Below, piece by piece: positions 37,500 to 52,102 of a DNA stretch of 64,000 nucleotides; position 1 is the stretch's first letter; every line of letters starts with the position of its first letter. Origin of the DNA: Malacoraja senta (lineage: Eukaryota); the NCBI GenBank assembly GCA_038087875.1, contig CM075988.1:5084001-5148000 (forward strand), written 5' to 3'. The notes under the pieces are model-generated. The model saw only the letters and a program-made list of their open reading frames with translations. It did not search any database and had not been told where the DNA came from. The position numbers and the translations under genes are program-made.

Positions 37500-38010
37500 A
37501 CTTTGGATTGTGTCACCTTATGAGAGGGTGGATGCTGAGAGCATGCAGAAGAGGTTTACCAAAATGCTGCCTAGCTTAGAAGTGATTAACCATAAAGAGA
37601 GGTTAGGCAAACTTGGATTGTTTTCTCTGGAGCATCAGAGACTGAGGGAAGACCTGACAGAAGTACAAGAAAATGATGAGACATTCATAGGATAGAAAAT
37701 CAGAATCATTTTCCCAGAGTGGAAATGTCAAAGACTGGAGGACATAGCTTAAAAGTAAGAGCGGCAAAGTTTAACGAAGAAGCGCAGGGCAATTCTGTTG
37801 CACAAAGAGGGGAAGGTGCCTAAAACATGCTGTGAACGATGGTGGTGGAAACAGATATTATATTGGCGGCTAAAAGGATTTTAGATAAGGACATGGACAT
37901 GCAAGGAATGGAGGGATATGCAGGCAGAGGAGGTCAGTTTAACTTGGCATCATGTTCGCCATTGAAAGGCCGAAGGCCTGAACCTGTGCAGTACTGTTCT
38001 CTGTCCAATT
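37500..38010 (+). mobile_element. CR1 3' fragment
   Basis: ESMQKRFTKMLP...ERLGKLGLFSLE..RLREDL. Confidence 0.8.
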
Positions 38011-38709
38011 TCTAACGTGCCAAATGTTCATTCAAAGAATTAAAATTACAATTTAAAATGGAAATATTTCAATGTTATATTAAACTTTGTGGTTTTAATA
38101 TCTTCACTCAAAACATGAATGGAAACATCAACATGCACAATGTATAGAAAATTCCTGAAAATTTCATTTGTAAGCTCAACCTTTCCAAAAAGAATGGATT
38201 TACGGATGATGTGATGCTGTTTCCAGTGTGTGGTCAGAGCCTGTGCACTGGAGCTAATTTCAAGGATACATATTTTCTATCCATCCATCCATATGGATCG
38301 AGGAATAATTAACCTTCCTGGAGCTTCATCACAAATGTTCTTCGAAATTATTTGGAAGGAAAGCTTAAGGGCAAATTTCAAAAGCTTTACTGAGGTAAAA
38401 TTAATCTTTCAAAAGGCAGAATTGTTTTCTTTGGCAGAAAATTCCAATGTTTAGATCCGACAACGGATGTTCTTTTTATTTCTATGCTCTGTGAACTTTA
38501 AATGTTAGTGAGGGAGATCAGCTTCCTTCAGTGGAAGATGCAGCAAGTATTTTTTCATGAACTGTTAATGTTCGCCCCACAGTAAGTTGAATTTTGAAAG
38601 CAAGTGCTTACCTGGGCTTTGTTGACAACTGGTGATGGGGAGCACCGCAATTTTAATGGTTTGTATCTGGAGACAGAGATTTCAGTTTTTTAACATACCA
38701 CACAGAACA

Positions 38710-39125
38710 TAGAATACACCATACAACAAAGAACATCAAACAGGAAGAGGATAGCACAGGAATAGGCCCTTTGGCCCACAATGTCTGTGCGCAACAATGA
38801 TGCCAGAACCAATGCTTATCTTCCTGCACATAATCCACATCTCTCCATTCCTTACATCTCCAGGTGCCTATCTAAAAGCCTGTCAAAATGCCATTATCGT
38901 ATCTGCCTCCACCACCACCTCCAACAGCACGTTCCAGGCACTCACCACCTTCTGTGTAAAAAAACTTGCCGCGTACATCTCCTTTAAACTTTGCCCCACT
39001 CACATCTAAAGCTATGTCCTTTAGTCTTTGATATTTCCATCCTGGGACCATGGCTCTGACGGACTACCCTATCTATGCCTCTCATAATTGGAACTATTTA
39101 TATCAGTTCTCCCCTCAATCTCTGG
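38710..39125 (-). mobile_element. CR1 3' fragment
   Basis: Homologous to 27850-28220. Confidence 0.75.
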
Positions 39126-39434
39126 TGCGCTCTGCTCTTCGTGGGATGTTGCCATGGATACATTGAGGGGTAGGAATAAATATGTGTATACTTCCTCCTA
39201 CTCCTTTTCAAACATGTAAGATTTAATTGGTGATGTTTATGAGAAGTTAGTCATTGAGTTGTGTTTAGGTTTATTGTTCATTTTATTTTATTGTTATATT
39301 GCTTTGTTTTTAACTTTTTTTGTTTTACATGGTTCGAAATAAAATATATATACAACAATATTGGCTGCCATATTAGGTTTTTCCCCGTCATCCAGTCCTC
39401 TTAACCTTCAACATTCAAGTGAAAAGTGCCCCAC

Positions 39435-39728
39435 AGTTGCTGCCTTACAGCGCCAGGGACCCGAGTTCGATCCTGACTACAGCTGCTATCTGTACAGCGT
39501 TTGTACGTTCTCCCTGTGACCGCTTGGGTTCTCTCCAGGAGCTCTGGCTTCCTCCCACGTTCCAAAGATGTGCAGATTTGTCAGTTAATTGGCTTCATTA
39601 AGAATTGTAAATTGTCCCTAGTGCATAGGATAGTGCTAGTGTACGGGGATCGCTGGTCAGCACAGACTCGGTGGGCTGAAGGGCCTGTTTTCGTGCTCTA
39701 TCTCTAAACTAAACTAAATTAAACTAAA
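39435..39728 (+). mobile_element. HE1/V-SINE-like SINE
   Basis: B box, V-domain, (CTAAA)n tail. Confidence 0.82.
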
Positions 39729-40264
39729 GGAAGCACCATTTTCCCTGAGCGAAGCAGAGAAATGGAGGAGAAGGGAAGGAAGGAGTATAGAAGGTGAGGA
39801 ACCTTTGGTCCCTGAACAGCTCCCCATAGCCATCAGGGGAAGTGGATGAAGAGCTAAACATGAAGACACAATGATCCTGGGTAGTGCAGATGGTAGGAGC
39901 TCAGGAAGTCTGGTTTCAATTCTGAATTGAATTAAATTGAAAGAAAAAGCATGGAAATAGGCTCACGGAGTCCACGCCGACCATCGATCACCCATTCATA
40001 CTCATTCTATGTAATCCCACATTTCCATCCAATCCCTACACACTGGGCTCATTTACAGAGGGCTATTTAACCTACAAAACCACGTATCTTCGGGATGTGG
40101 AAGGGAACTGGAGCATCTTTCAGTAAAGATCTGTAAAATTATGGAGACCCTCAAATCTGGGCGGGGCCATTGCAACAACAACTGTGCTTTGCAGGAACTA
40201 GGTGAGGGGATCATTGCTCATCTGTCCTCAATGTGTTTGAAAGGACAGTGTAGAAGAAGCTTAA

Positions 40265-41161
<897 letters not shown>

Positions 41162-42163
41162 TAAGAGTATTTAGACAGGAAATGTATAAGATAAGGTTAG
41201 AGGTACTGTATATGGGCCAAACGCAGGTAGGTGGAACTAGCATAGATGGGACAAGTTGGGCCAAAGGGCCTGCTTCCATGCTGTATGACTCAATGACTCT
41301 ACATCTAACCTATAGTGTATTATATATACTGTATATATATTGTATAGGTCTGTATAACTGAACTATACTTGTACCTATACTGTTTAATGTACCGCAGAGA
41401 GAGGTTTACTCAACCCTATTTACCACTGCCCTGTAACTGAATGCAGAGATTGAAAGCCATCAACAAACACATCACTCATGAACACAAAAAGGTCACAAAA
41501 GAAAACCGCATAAACATTTACACTATTTCCATGTTCCACCTTCTCTCTTTCAAAGAAAACTTTGCAATGATTGAACGGGTGTGAAACTCCAATGGCTTCA
41601 ATTGTTATTAGCAGATGCAAGATAATTAATCATTTTAACTGGTCTCTTCACAAGAGCATAGGTACTGATTAACAGACTGCATCCAGTGTCACATTATCAA
41701 AGGTTTCAATCAAGACATGCCTCAGGTCCTACAATATTCCCTGCTGCTTTAAGACTTCTCATTCATCACACCATATTAATTTAAATCTCCTTAAACACTG
41801 CTGTGAAACCTTCATTCGCACATTTGATTGATACGTGGTGAGATTCCTTGAACTGCCAAATTGAAAACAATTTAATAATTAATGGCCGTGGCACCAAAAT
41901 TCATTACTGCCCCCCTGTGTAAGCATTTGTATTGGTGTTGCATTGTTTACTCTGACGAACCATTCTGCCTGGATTGAGGAGTCCCAATAGGCTAGGCCCA
42001 GCACACAACAGTACAGATTGATTTGCACCGACAGTTATCAATCATATTCACCAAAATCCATCAGTTGGGAGAGTCACATCACATTCCCATCACCGTTCCT
42101 TTACTTAGGACCGCTATCTCTGTGGGCAGTCATGGCTTAATAAACACAACCCTCTTCCTGTCT

Positions 42164-42850
42164 TGTGTAGGTAGGAACTGCAGATGCTGGTTTAAACCGA
42201 AGATAGGCACAAAAAGCTGGAGTAACTCAGCGGGTCAGGCAACATCTCTGGAGAAAAGGAATAAGCAATGCTTCGGGTTGAGACCCTTCATCAGACTTCA
42301 TCAGTTTTTATGTAGACAAAAGTGCTGGAGAAACTCAGCGGGTGCAGCAGCATCTATGGAGTGAAGGAAATAGGCAACGTTTCGGGCCAAAACCCTTCTT
42401 CAGACTGATGGAGGGTGGGGGTGGGGGGGAGAAGAAAGGAAAAAGGAAGAGGAGGAACCCGAGGGCTCAGGGAGAGCTGAGAAGGGGAGGAGACAGCAAG
42501 GGCTACCGGAAATTGGAGAATTCAGTGTTTATGCCACTGGGGTGCAGACTGCCCAAGGTGCTGCTCCTCCAATTTCCGGTGGTGCTCACTCTGGCCCAGG
42601 ACAGAGAGGTCGGATTCGGAATGGGAGGGGGAGTTGAAATGCTGAGCCACCGGGAGGTCAGGTTGGTTAATACGGACCGAGCGGAGGTGTTCGGTGAAAC
42701 GATCGCCAAGCCCACGCTTGGTCTCACCGATGTAGATCAGCTGACATCTAGAGCAGCGGATGCAATAGATGAGGTTGGAGGAGATGCAGGTGAACCTCTG
42801 TCGCACCTGGAACGACTGCTTGGGTCCTTGAATGGAGTCGAGGGGGGAGG
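42164..42850 (-). mobile_element. Penelope-like element GIY-YIG region plus tandem pLTRs
   Basis: RQRFTCISSNLIYCIRCSRCQLIYIGETKRGLGDRFTEHLRSVR...VAQHFNSPSH (GIY-YIG endonuclease). Confidence 0.92.
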
Positions 42851-44369
42851 TAAAACCACTGTGCTGTCGTCGATTTGTCCAGTGAGAGGGTAAAAGTTGA
42901 AAGATTTACAAGTGGTGTTATTTACAAGAGGAAGTGGTGGTGCCTGAACTGTGCTGCCAGGGAAGGTGAAAGCAGATACAACAGCAATGTTTAAGAGACA
43001 TTTCGACAGGCACATGAACAGGCAGGGAGAGGAGGGATATCGACCATGTGGAGGCAGATAGGGTCAGTTTAAATTGGTATCATCATTGGCACACACAGTG
43101 TTACGAGTTTCTTAGAGCAGCCAAAAAAGGGCACATATTCGTCAGGCTACATGTCCCATCACAGAGGGATCTCTAATTGGATAGATTTGTCACATTTTTA
43201 TCCTTTTCTCTGAACACAGAATAATCGGACCTCAGTAAAGACAACATAAACAGTTCGGCTAAGCAACCGACTAAAGCTGTATTCATCAGATATATCACAA
43301 CTCCCATGAAAACAGAAGAAAGCATTTCAGCTTTGAGCCTGCTTTTTGATGAATGGATTTCGTAGCCTTCCTCGCTCATTTTTGATTTTCATCTTTCTTC
43401 CTCTCTCCCTTCCAGCCTCTCTCCAAAAATAATTGTCTTGTTTTGTCCAATTGCTCTCTTTCAATTTGCATTTCCTATCACTGCTTTGGCTGCTGATTCT
43501 TGTCTCCTTCAATGCAGACAAACGGACATGTTTTTCTTTCGTGCAATATTTAATCTCCTTTTTGGAGTCACACTACACATAAGATGATTCTGACTGATTC
43601 ATCAAAGTTCAGAAATATCCTTTCCTTTCTAGGATGCTGGAGACAATGATGTAGCCTTCGCTTTTGGCATGGACATTGAACTAATGGATGATTGATTGAA
43701 AGGTACAGCATGGAAACAGGCCATTTGGCCCATCGAGTCTAAGCTGACGAAATGTGCTGGAAGGAACCGCAGAGTCCTTCGTCTGAAGAAGGGTCTCGAC
43801 CCGAAATGACACCTATTCCTTTTCTCCAGAGATGCTCTCTGACCCGCTGAGCTACTCCAGCTTTTTGTTTCAATCTCGAGCCTAAGCTGATCGTCGATCA
43901 CCCGTCTACACTAGTTCTATGTTGTCCCACTGTTTAATCCCTCCAGCTGCAACTAAGAATCACATAGTTCCATTTTGGGACTTATGACAATAAAACACTA
44001 TTGACCCTTAACTTAAAATGGATTTTCTTGCTGTGAAAGCCGTGACTGAACACAGAAAAGTACAGCACAAGTGCAAGCCCTTCGGCTCACAATGTCTGTG
44101 CCCAACGTGATGCCAAGGTAATTTTTAGATAGGACTCAGCGAGTCATTCAATGAATTTCAATAAAATGAATAGTTTAAGCTATCCAGCTGAAGTACAAAC
44201 AAACTCGACATATGCTCATATTCTGTGTTCCTCTAGTGAGCAACAGTCAGCCTAGAAATTGGATTGTGTAGTGATAGTGTAGAACTAGTGTAGTGATAAT
44301 TGCACCTGGAGTCACTGTGCATTTTAACACATACCATTTATAGTTGAAACTACATCCATCGTATATTTG

Positions 44370-44757
44370 ATTGATTGAACAGATTGAAAGACACATCATG
44401 GAAACAGGTTCTTCAACCCACCGAACCCATGCCAACCATCGATAACCCACTCACACTAGTTCTATGTGTAGGAAGGAACTGCAGATGCTGGTTAAACTGA
44501 AGATAGACACAAAATGCTGGAGTAGCTCAGCAGGACAGGCAGTGTCTCTAGACAGAAGGAATGGGTGACGTTTCGGGTCGAGACCCTTCTTCAGTAGAAC
44601 ACAACCCACAAACCCGCATGTCTTTGGGACGTCGGAGGAAACCGGAGCACCCGGAGGAAACAGGGAGAACATGCAAACTCAACACAGACAGCGCACAAGG
44701 TTGGGATTGAACCCTGGTCTCTGGTGCCGTGAGGCAGAGGCTCTACCCACTGTGCCA
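44370..44757 (-). mobile_element. V-SINE variant interrupted by a Penelope-derived short repeat (about 44465-44595)
   Basis: SINE head/V-domain at right, tail at left, pLTR module between. Confidence 0.7.
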
Positions 44758-45229
44758 CTGAGCTGTCCTTTTGGACTGGATATTTCTAGATAGGATTCAC
44801 TCAACATGTCCATTTTTTCCGTGCCATTCACACAAACGTCAAAGTCAGAGACATGCACCCCGCTCTTCTTTGCCTTACCAGACATAATGGAACCAAAAAC
44901 GTGCGACCAATGACCTGTGTGTTTCATTCACAGTCACAGCAGGAACAAAGCTTGCTGCAAGTCATCGAGCTGATCTGGATTGTAGAGTGTAAACTAACAT
45001 GCTGAGGTTTTGTTCTCTGTATGAGCCTCATTGTGTTGTATAAATTGCTGTCATCATTACAGGCTCAAACAGTGCTGAATATATATATATACAGTGTAAT
45101 CACTGCATATTTTTATGCAACAACTCTGCAGAACAAGGAGTCTGCTCCTTGCAGTGATGTGAAACCATTCACTGCACAGGACTTGATTGGGGTCACTGGT
45201 CAGGATGGACACCAGTGGGAGAGTGTAGA

Positions 45230-45525
45230 GATAGCCTCAGAATCAAAGGACGTTCATTTAGGAAGGAGATGAGGAGACATTTCTTTAGTCAGAGGGTGGT
45301 GAATCTGTGGAATTCTTTGCCACAGAAGGGTGTGGAGGCCGTCCGTGACTATTTTTAAGGCAGAGATACAGTAGATAGATTCTTGATTAGTACGGGTGTC
45401 AGAGGTTATGGGGAGAAAGCAGGAGAATGGGGTTAGGAGGGAGAGATAGATCAGCCATGATTGAATAGCAAAGTAGACTTGATGAGCCGAATGGCCTAAT
45501 TCAACTCCTAGTCCTTATGACCTTA
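45230..45525 (+). mobile_element. CR1 3' fragment
   Basis: Reverse-complement homolog of 32500-32820. Confidence 0.8.
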
Positions 45526-45644
45526 CGACACAGACACACATCCAATCCTCCCCACTCTCACCTCCGCAGCACTCCGGTGTTGCTGGACCGTGGTCACCCT
45601 GGCCAATGTTCTTTGTGGCACTGATTCATTCCAGTAGTCAGTCC

Positions 45645-46415
45645 AGCACAGTGGCACAGCGGTAGGGCAACTGCCTTACAGCGACAGAGACCCAGGTTCG
45701 ATCCTGACTACGGGTGCTTGTCTGTACGGAGTTTGTACATTCTCCCCGTGACCTGTGTGGGTTTTCTCCAATATCTTCGGTTTCCTCCCACATTCCAAAG
45801 ACGTGATTGTGTGTGACCAGCCATGATCACATTGAATGGTGGTGCTGGCTCGAAGGGCCGAATGGTCAACTCCTGCATCAATTGTCTATTGTCTATTGTA
45901 GGCTAATTGGTTTGGTATAAAATGTAAATTGTCCCTAATGTATGATAGTGTTTATGCGTGGGGATCGCTGGTCGGTGCGGACTCGGTGGGCCGAAGGACA
46001 TGTTTCCTCGCTGTATCTCTAAACTAAACTAAACTGAAATAAAATTGGGATTCGATCCTGACCTTAAGTGCTGTCTGCGTGGAGTTTGCACGTTCTCCCT
46101 ATGACCATATGCATTTCCTTAGGGTGCTCCTGTCACCTCTCACATCGCAAAGATGTCCGGGTTTGTAGGTTAATTGGCCTTTGTAGAATTACCCCTCGCA
46201 ATTGTGTAGGGTGTGGATGAGAAAATGGGATAACATTAGAGGTAAGAATTGCAAGTAAGAATTCCACTGTTCTGTCTTGGACATAATGTGACAATAAATC
46301 ACTCTTGGCTCTCTTGACTCTTGAAGTAGTGTGAACAGGTGATCGATGGTCGGCATGGACTCAGTGCGGTGAAGGTCTCGGTTTCCATGCTGTACCCCAA
46401 AGTCAAGTAAATTAA
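45645..46415 (+). mobile_element. Two tandem V-SINEs
   Basis: Two head/V-domain/tail units (about 45645-46036 and 46050-46415). Confidence 0.75.
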
Positions 46416-46427
46416 ACTACACAGTTA

Positions 46428-47616
46428 AGGGCCTGTCCCACTTGGGCGTCATTTGCGCGTCATTTACGCGACATCATTTACGCGTCACGACGCACGACGC
46501 GCACATCGTGATGCACACGTGATGCGCGCATGGCGTGCATAACGCGCGCAGGGTGCGTATTGATGTAGGCAGTGACGCTCGGTCGCGAGTGTTTGCGGAT
46601 GACACTAAGCTGGGGGGCAGTGTTAGCTGTGAGGAGGATGCTAGGAGACTGCAAGGTGACTTGGATAGGCTGGGTGAGTGGGCAAATGTTTGGCAGATGC
46701 AGTATAATGTGGATAAATGTGAGGTTATCCACTTTGGTGGCAAAAACAGGAAAGCAGACTATTATCTAAATGGTGGCCGAATAGAAAATGGGGAGATGCA
46801 GCGAGACCTGGGTGTCATGGTACACCAGTCATTGAAAGTAGGCATGCAGGTGCAGCAGGCAGTGAAGAAAGCGAATGGTATGTTAGCTTTCATAGCAAAA
46901 GGATTTGAGTATAGGAGCAGGGAGGTTCTACTGTAGTTGTACAGGGTCTTGGTGAGACCACACCTGGAGTATTGCGTACAGTTTTGGTCTCCAAATCTGA
47001 GGAAGGACATTATAGCCATAGAGGGAGTGCAGAGAAGGTTCACCAGACTGATTCCTGGGATGTCAGGACTTTCATATGAAGAAAGACTGGATAGACTTGG
47101 CTTATACTCGCTAGAATTTAGGAGATTGAGAGGGGATCTTATAGAAACGTACAAAATTCTTATGGGGTTGGACAGGCTAGATGCAGGAAGATTGTTCCCG
47201 ATGTTGGGGAAGTCCAGGACAAGGGGTCACAGCTTAAGGATAAAGGGGAAATCCTTTAAGACCGAGATGAGGAAAAACTTTTTCACACAGAGAGTGGTGA
47301 ATCTCTGGAACTCTCTGCCACAGAGGGTAGTTGAGGCCAGTTCATTGGCTATATTTAAGAGGGAGTTAGATGTGGCCCTTGTGGCTAAGGGGATCAGGGG
47401 GTATGGAGAGAAGGCAGGTACGGGATACTGAGTTGGATGATCAGCCATGATCATATTGAATGGCGGTGCAGGCTCGAAGGGCTGAATGGCCTACTCCTGC
47501 ACCTATTTTCTATGTATCTATGTATCTATGAGAGGCGCCCCAGGATTTTGGGATTCACAAAATCTTCGCAGGCCACCTGCGTGACGTGCAAATGACACCC
47601 AAGTAGGACAGGCCCG
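46428..47616. mobile_element. PIF/Harbinger-type MITE disrupted by a young CR1
   Basis: TIRs AGGGCCTGTCCCACTTGGGCGTCATTTGC / GCAAATGACACCCAAGTAGGACAGGCCCG; TTA TSD at 46425-46427 and 47617-47619. Confidence 0.85.
46591..47530 (+). mobile_element. Young CR1 LINE 3' fragment (FADD to tail)
   Basis: FADDTKLGG...LVRPHLEYCVQFW...; single TAG at 46934-46936; near-identical to 30407-31166. Confidence 0.93.
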
Positions 47617-48289
47617 TTATACAGGCAGCACGTTAACTCAAACTAAATGAGATCCACCCTGGCAATTCCATTAAAAAAAAGTCACCATTGTGCTAACCCA
47701 GTGCTAGGCATAATGGATGAAGGGGGAAGAGTATCCTATTGTTCTGAGGAACATTCTGAGGAATTTTAAGCAATGGTCACTGTGAGTGTATGTGTAGGAA
47801 GGAACTGCAGATGCTGGTTTAAACCGAAGATAGACACAAAATGCTGGAGTAACTCAGCCGGACAGGCAGCATCGCTGGAGAGAAGGAATAGGTGACGTTT
47901 TCACTCGGGACCCTTTTTGAGTTTATGTCAGGTCATGTAAGGAATGTGTGAACGTGTAAGATTCAACTTTACATCGAAGGGTTAGGAGCGAAGATGCAGT
48001 TTTATTGTTTTTGACAGCTTGTGGAGAATAATAAAGATTGGGGTGGCTATAAATAGACTGTCTGGACTGTTCATTACCTGCTTAATATTCAATGAATGCC
48101 TCTACTGGGTTATAGGCTGAGGCTGCGACTTAGTAAAACAGAATTTAGACACAAAAATGCTGGACTAACTCAACGGGTCAGACAGTGTCTCTGGAGAAAA
48201 GGATTAGGTGATGATTCAGGCCAAGACACTTCTTCAGACTGTTCCTGCACAGTTACTATAACAGAATGTGTATGCATCTATCTTATCGG

Positions 48290-48610
48290 GTAGAGGAATA
48301 GATCGGGTAGATTCACAGGGTCTCTTGCCCAGAGTAGGTGAATCGAAGACCAGAGGACATAGTTTTAAGGTGAAGGGGAAAAGATTTAATAGGAATCTGA
48401 GGGGTTACATCTTCACACAAAGGGTGGTGGGTGTATGGAACAAGCTACTAGTGAATGTATTTGAGGCTGGGACTAACCCAACGTTTAAGAAACAGTTACA
48501 TAGGTAAACGGATAGGACAGGTTTTGAGGATATGGACCAAACGCGGGCAGGTGGTACTAGTGTAGCTGGGACATGTTTTCACACTGTATCACTCTATGAC
48601 TATGACACTA
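48290..48610 (+). mobile_element. CR1 3' fragment
   Basis: RGIDRVD...TRGHSFKVKGKRF plus tail. Confidence 0.85.
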
Positions 48611-49276
48611 TAAAAAGCCACATGGAGTTGGTGTTCAAAGCAACAAGCGATTTATTAAAACTGGTGCGTACCAAGAGACCAGTCAAAGCGAACTCCTGAG
48701 TGCGAATTTGGTACAGCTTTTAGATTCTCAACTGACAAGATTACATAGTAACTCAGCGGGTGAGGCAGCATCTGTGGAGAGAAGGAATTGGCGACGTTTC
48801 GGGTCAAGACCCTTCTTCAGACTTCTTCAGTCACCAATTCCTTCTCTCCATAGATGTTGCCTCACCCGCTGAGTTACTCCAGCATTTGCAGTTCTTTCTT
48901 AAAGATTACATAGTAATTTATTTAATGGTAAAACTAGGTCTTGATTACACAATGGAGGTTGCAGAAAGACTTAATTAAGGACCAAACTAGCTTGATTACA
49001 GAATAATATGATTGTCCACAAGTCTAACTTAGTTGACAGTGGATCTAATTTTCTGTTGCAATGATGAGTGCATGCTATAACACAATCAGTGAAGTAACTG
49101 AAACTTGGGTGTCATCACTGCAGCTTTCTATATCTCTGCTTTTAGGCTTTGTCTGTGGTTCCCTGTCACCACATTAGCACAATCCATATCCCTATTTACT
49201 AGATATTAGCCTTCACTATTCTCTCCCCTACAATACTAGGGTACTGTCCAATTCACCTCTACCCCATTGCAGACTT

Positions 49277-50180
49277 TCAATCAATCAAGCACTTTATTTA
49301 TCCCCGAGGGGCAATTCAAACAATACATTAAATCTGCACCGACCGGTCGACCGCATGAGCAGTGACCCGGCAAGGATTGGGTTGTCAGCGGCGATACAAT
49401 AATAAAGAACACACAAAAAGTAACACAAACATCCACCACAGCATTCATCACTGTGGTGGAAGGCACAACAATTTGGGCAGTCCTCCTCCATTTCCCCCCC
49501 GTGGACAGGACCAGAGTCCAGAGTCAGTCCAGGATCGGCTCTTCCTCACCGGAGACCGCGGCTTTAGATTGTTATGGGCCGCAGGCCGGCGGTGAAGATT
49601 TAAAGTCCCCGCCGCAGCCAGAAGCACCGTAGACTGCAGGGCCGGCGGTCGAAGCTCCCCTCCAGGGGTGATGGTAAGTCCATGCCGGCCCCGCGGTAGA
49701 AGTTGGCCGCGGGCCACCAGTGATGGCTTCTTCTACCCCCAGGTCCCCCACAAGGGATCCCGGGCTGTAGACGCCGCACCAGCTGGAGCTCTGCAGACCG
49801 TGGCTTCAGGCTGCGACTTCAGGCTGCCGGCTGCCCCGGGCCAGCGAAACGAAGCGCTCCCCTCCAGCGAGCCCCAACGAGGGTTCACCCGCTCCACGCC
49901 GAGAGTCCACGCTGCGCCCACCGCTGAAGCCCCGGGCACGTCTCCAGGAAAGTCCGCGCCGATCCTTGATGTTAGGCCACGGGGGAGGCGACCTGGAAAA
50001 AGTCGCCTCTCCATGGAGGAGGCGACCGAAGCGGTTTCCCCCTTACCCCCCCACACCACCCCCCACACAAGACACACAAAGAAACATTAAATACACATTT
50101 TAAAACATACTAAAACATTTTTTTAAAGTTGAAAAAACTAACGCACTGCTGACATGGCTGCTGCCAGAACAGCGCCCCCT
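49277..50180 (-). mobile_element. GC-rich non-autonomous retroelement (SINE-like) with Rex1-type tail
   Basis: Starts AGGGGGCGC on the minus strand and ends GGGATAAATAAAG..(TTGA)n; architecture shared with 62731-63543; no RT ORF. Confidence 0.65.
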
Positions 50181-51162
50181 ACAGATTTGGTCTATGTCTA
50201 TGGAACTTCTGTGCTACAATATTGAGAACTATCTTCAGCACTCTATCTTCCCCTTTGACTACCTCTGAAGCTGGAGTAACTTTAGTGTCAATCTTCGGTT
50301 TAAACCAGCATCTGCAGTTCCTTCTTACACAAAGTTCCTTACGTTAGTTATTTCTCGGGCAATGTTTCATATTCTTCACATCTGGATTCATGATGTTCCT
50401 TCAAAAAGTGATAACAGGAACCTCTGTTTAAAGGATTAGAAAGAGATAGCATCTCACAAAGGGCAACCATAATATCATGCGGGAAGAAAGAAATGTAAAC
50501 GTTGCTTGTTAAGGTACCATCAACTTGTCAAAAGATAATGTACCTCTTCATCTAGAAGGAATAAAAATGACCGAGTGAATTAGTTCCTGCAATTAATATA
50601 ATAATGGCGAGTAATAGCAGCAAGTATTGACACAGCATTTATGGCCCAGACGTCCATACAAAGGGTCAAGTGCCCTTTTTAGTTAATTCTGATGATTGGG
50701 ACTAATGAGAATAAATAGTGTCTTCTGGGAATACTAATCGCTACCTTAGAAATCAGGCTCACCTGCAGAAAAGCAGTTACTTTGAACACAGCATTGTCAG
50801 AAATATCTACAATGTACAGTTTCAGTCTCCTTAGTAGGACAAGGCACTGGAAACAGTCTTTTATTTTCAAAGAACATTACCCAAAATTAAAAGGCTACAA
50901 TGATCAGTAAACATCATATGTTCATAAGCTCGTAAGTTATAGGAGAAGAATCAGGCTATTTGGCTCATCAAGTCTACACCGCCATTCAATCATGGCTGAT
51001 CTATATTCCCCTGTCAACCCCATTCTCCTGCCTTCTTCCCATAACCCCTGACATGAGTACCAATCAAGGATCTATCAATCTCCACCTTAAAAATATCCAT
51101 CGACTTGGCCTCCACAACCTTCTGTGGCAATTAATTCCACAGATTCATCACCCTCTGACTTA

Positions 51163-51519
51163 AGGGCCTGTCCCACTGTACGAGGTAATTCAAGAGTTCT
51201 CCCGAGTTTTCCCCTGATTCGAACTCGGAGAATGTCCGTAGCGGGTCGGTACGAGTTTGTGGATGTCTCGTTATGGGTCGTATGAGTAAAAAGTAACAAT
51301 TTTTTTCATCACGAGTATTTTTTTACTCGTGGACATTTTTCACAGTGTTGAAAAAACATCACAAGTTTACCGGATTTCCCGAGTACCTACCGTTACTCGT
51401 ACGAGCCGCTCCGGGACATTCACGAACTCCTACGGACCCGCTACGGACATTCTCCGAGTTCGAATCAGGGGAAAACTCGGGAGAACTCTTGATTTACCTC
51501 GTACAGTGGGACAGGCCCT
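51163..51519. mobile_element. PIF/Harbinger-type MITE with ~105-bp near-perfect TIRs, inserted in a CR1 tail
   Basis: TTA/TAA flanks split the host CTGAC-TAA-AGAAAT; long inverted arms. Confidence 0.9.
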
Positions 51520-52102
51520 TAAAGAAATCCCTCCTCATCTCCTTCCTACAGATACATACTTTTATTCTAAGGCTATAGCCTCTGATCCTGGACTCTCCCA
51601 CTGGTAAAAATACCCTGCGGTCATTTTCTATTGAGAAAGCACTGAGCTGCCATTGAGGGTTTTAACATTTTGAAGGGGAATGGGAAAATCTAATGGCTCA
51701 TAACTGCAATATGCCTCTTCGAAGATCGAGTCACGTGTGAGAATGTGGGACCTGCCATCGCAAAGAGCAGCTGAGAATCCAAACATAAGACAGTTAAAGG
51801 AAGTATGTGAGCCATTTTAAAATTCATCATCAAATGTCAAGTTTCCTGGCAAGGAAAATGTGGCGAGGAGGTGCTTCACTGAAGCACTGCGGTCCTTGTC
51901 GTGACAAAGCTCCCGAAGTGTTGTCAGGGGCAGGAGTTGCAGGATTTTCACCCAGTGATGAATACTTCCAGTCGGAATCATCTCTGCCAAATTTGGCAAC
52001 AGTTTTCCATCGTGCCCGCCACCATTCTTCGGTCTGGATAGAGAGGAGATTTCCACTAGTGGGAGAGTCTCGAACCAGAGGGCACAGCTGCAGAATAAAA
52101 TG

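Noticed and set aside
44879..44914. Minus-strand donor GTAAGG with upstream AGs
   Set aside because: Weak acceptor; longer versions contain stops in all frames
51160..51522. TTAA flanks suggesting piggyBac/Kolobok
   Set aside because: Empty-site reconstruction at 28677 and 34501 shows a 3-bp TWA duplication, favouring PIF/Harbinger
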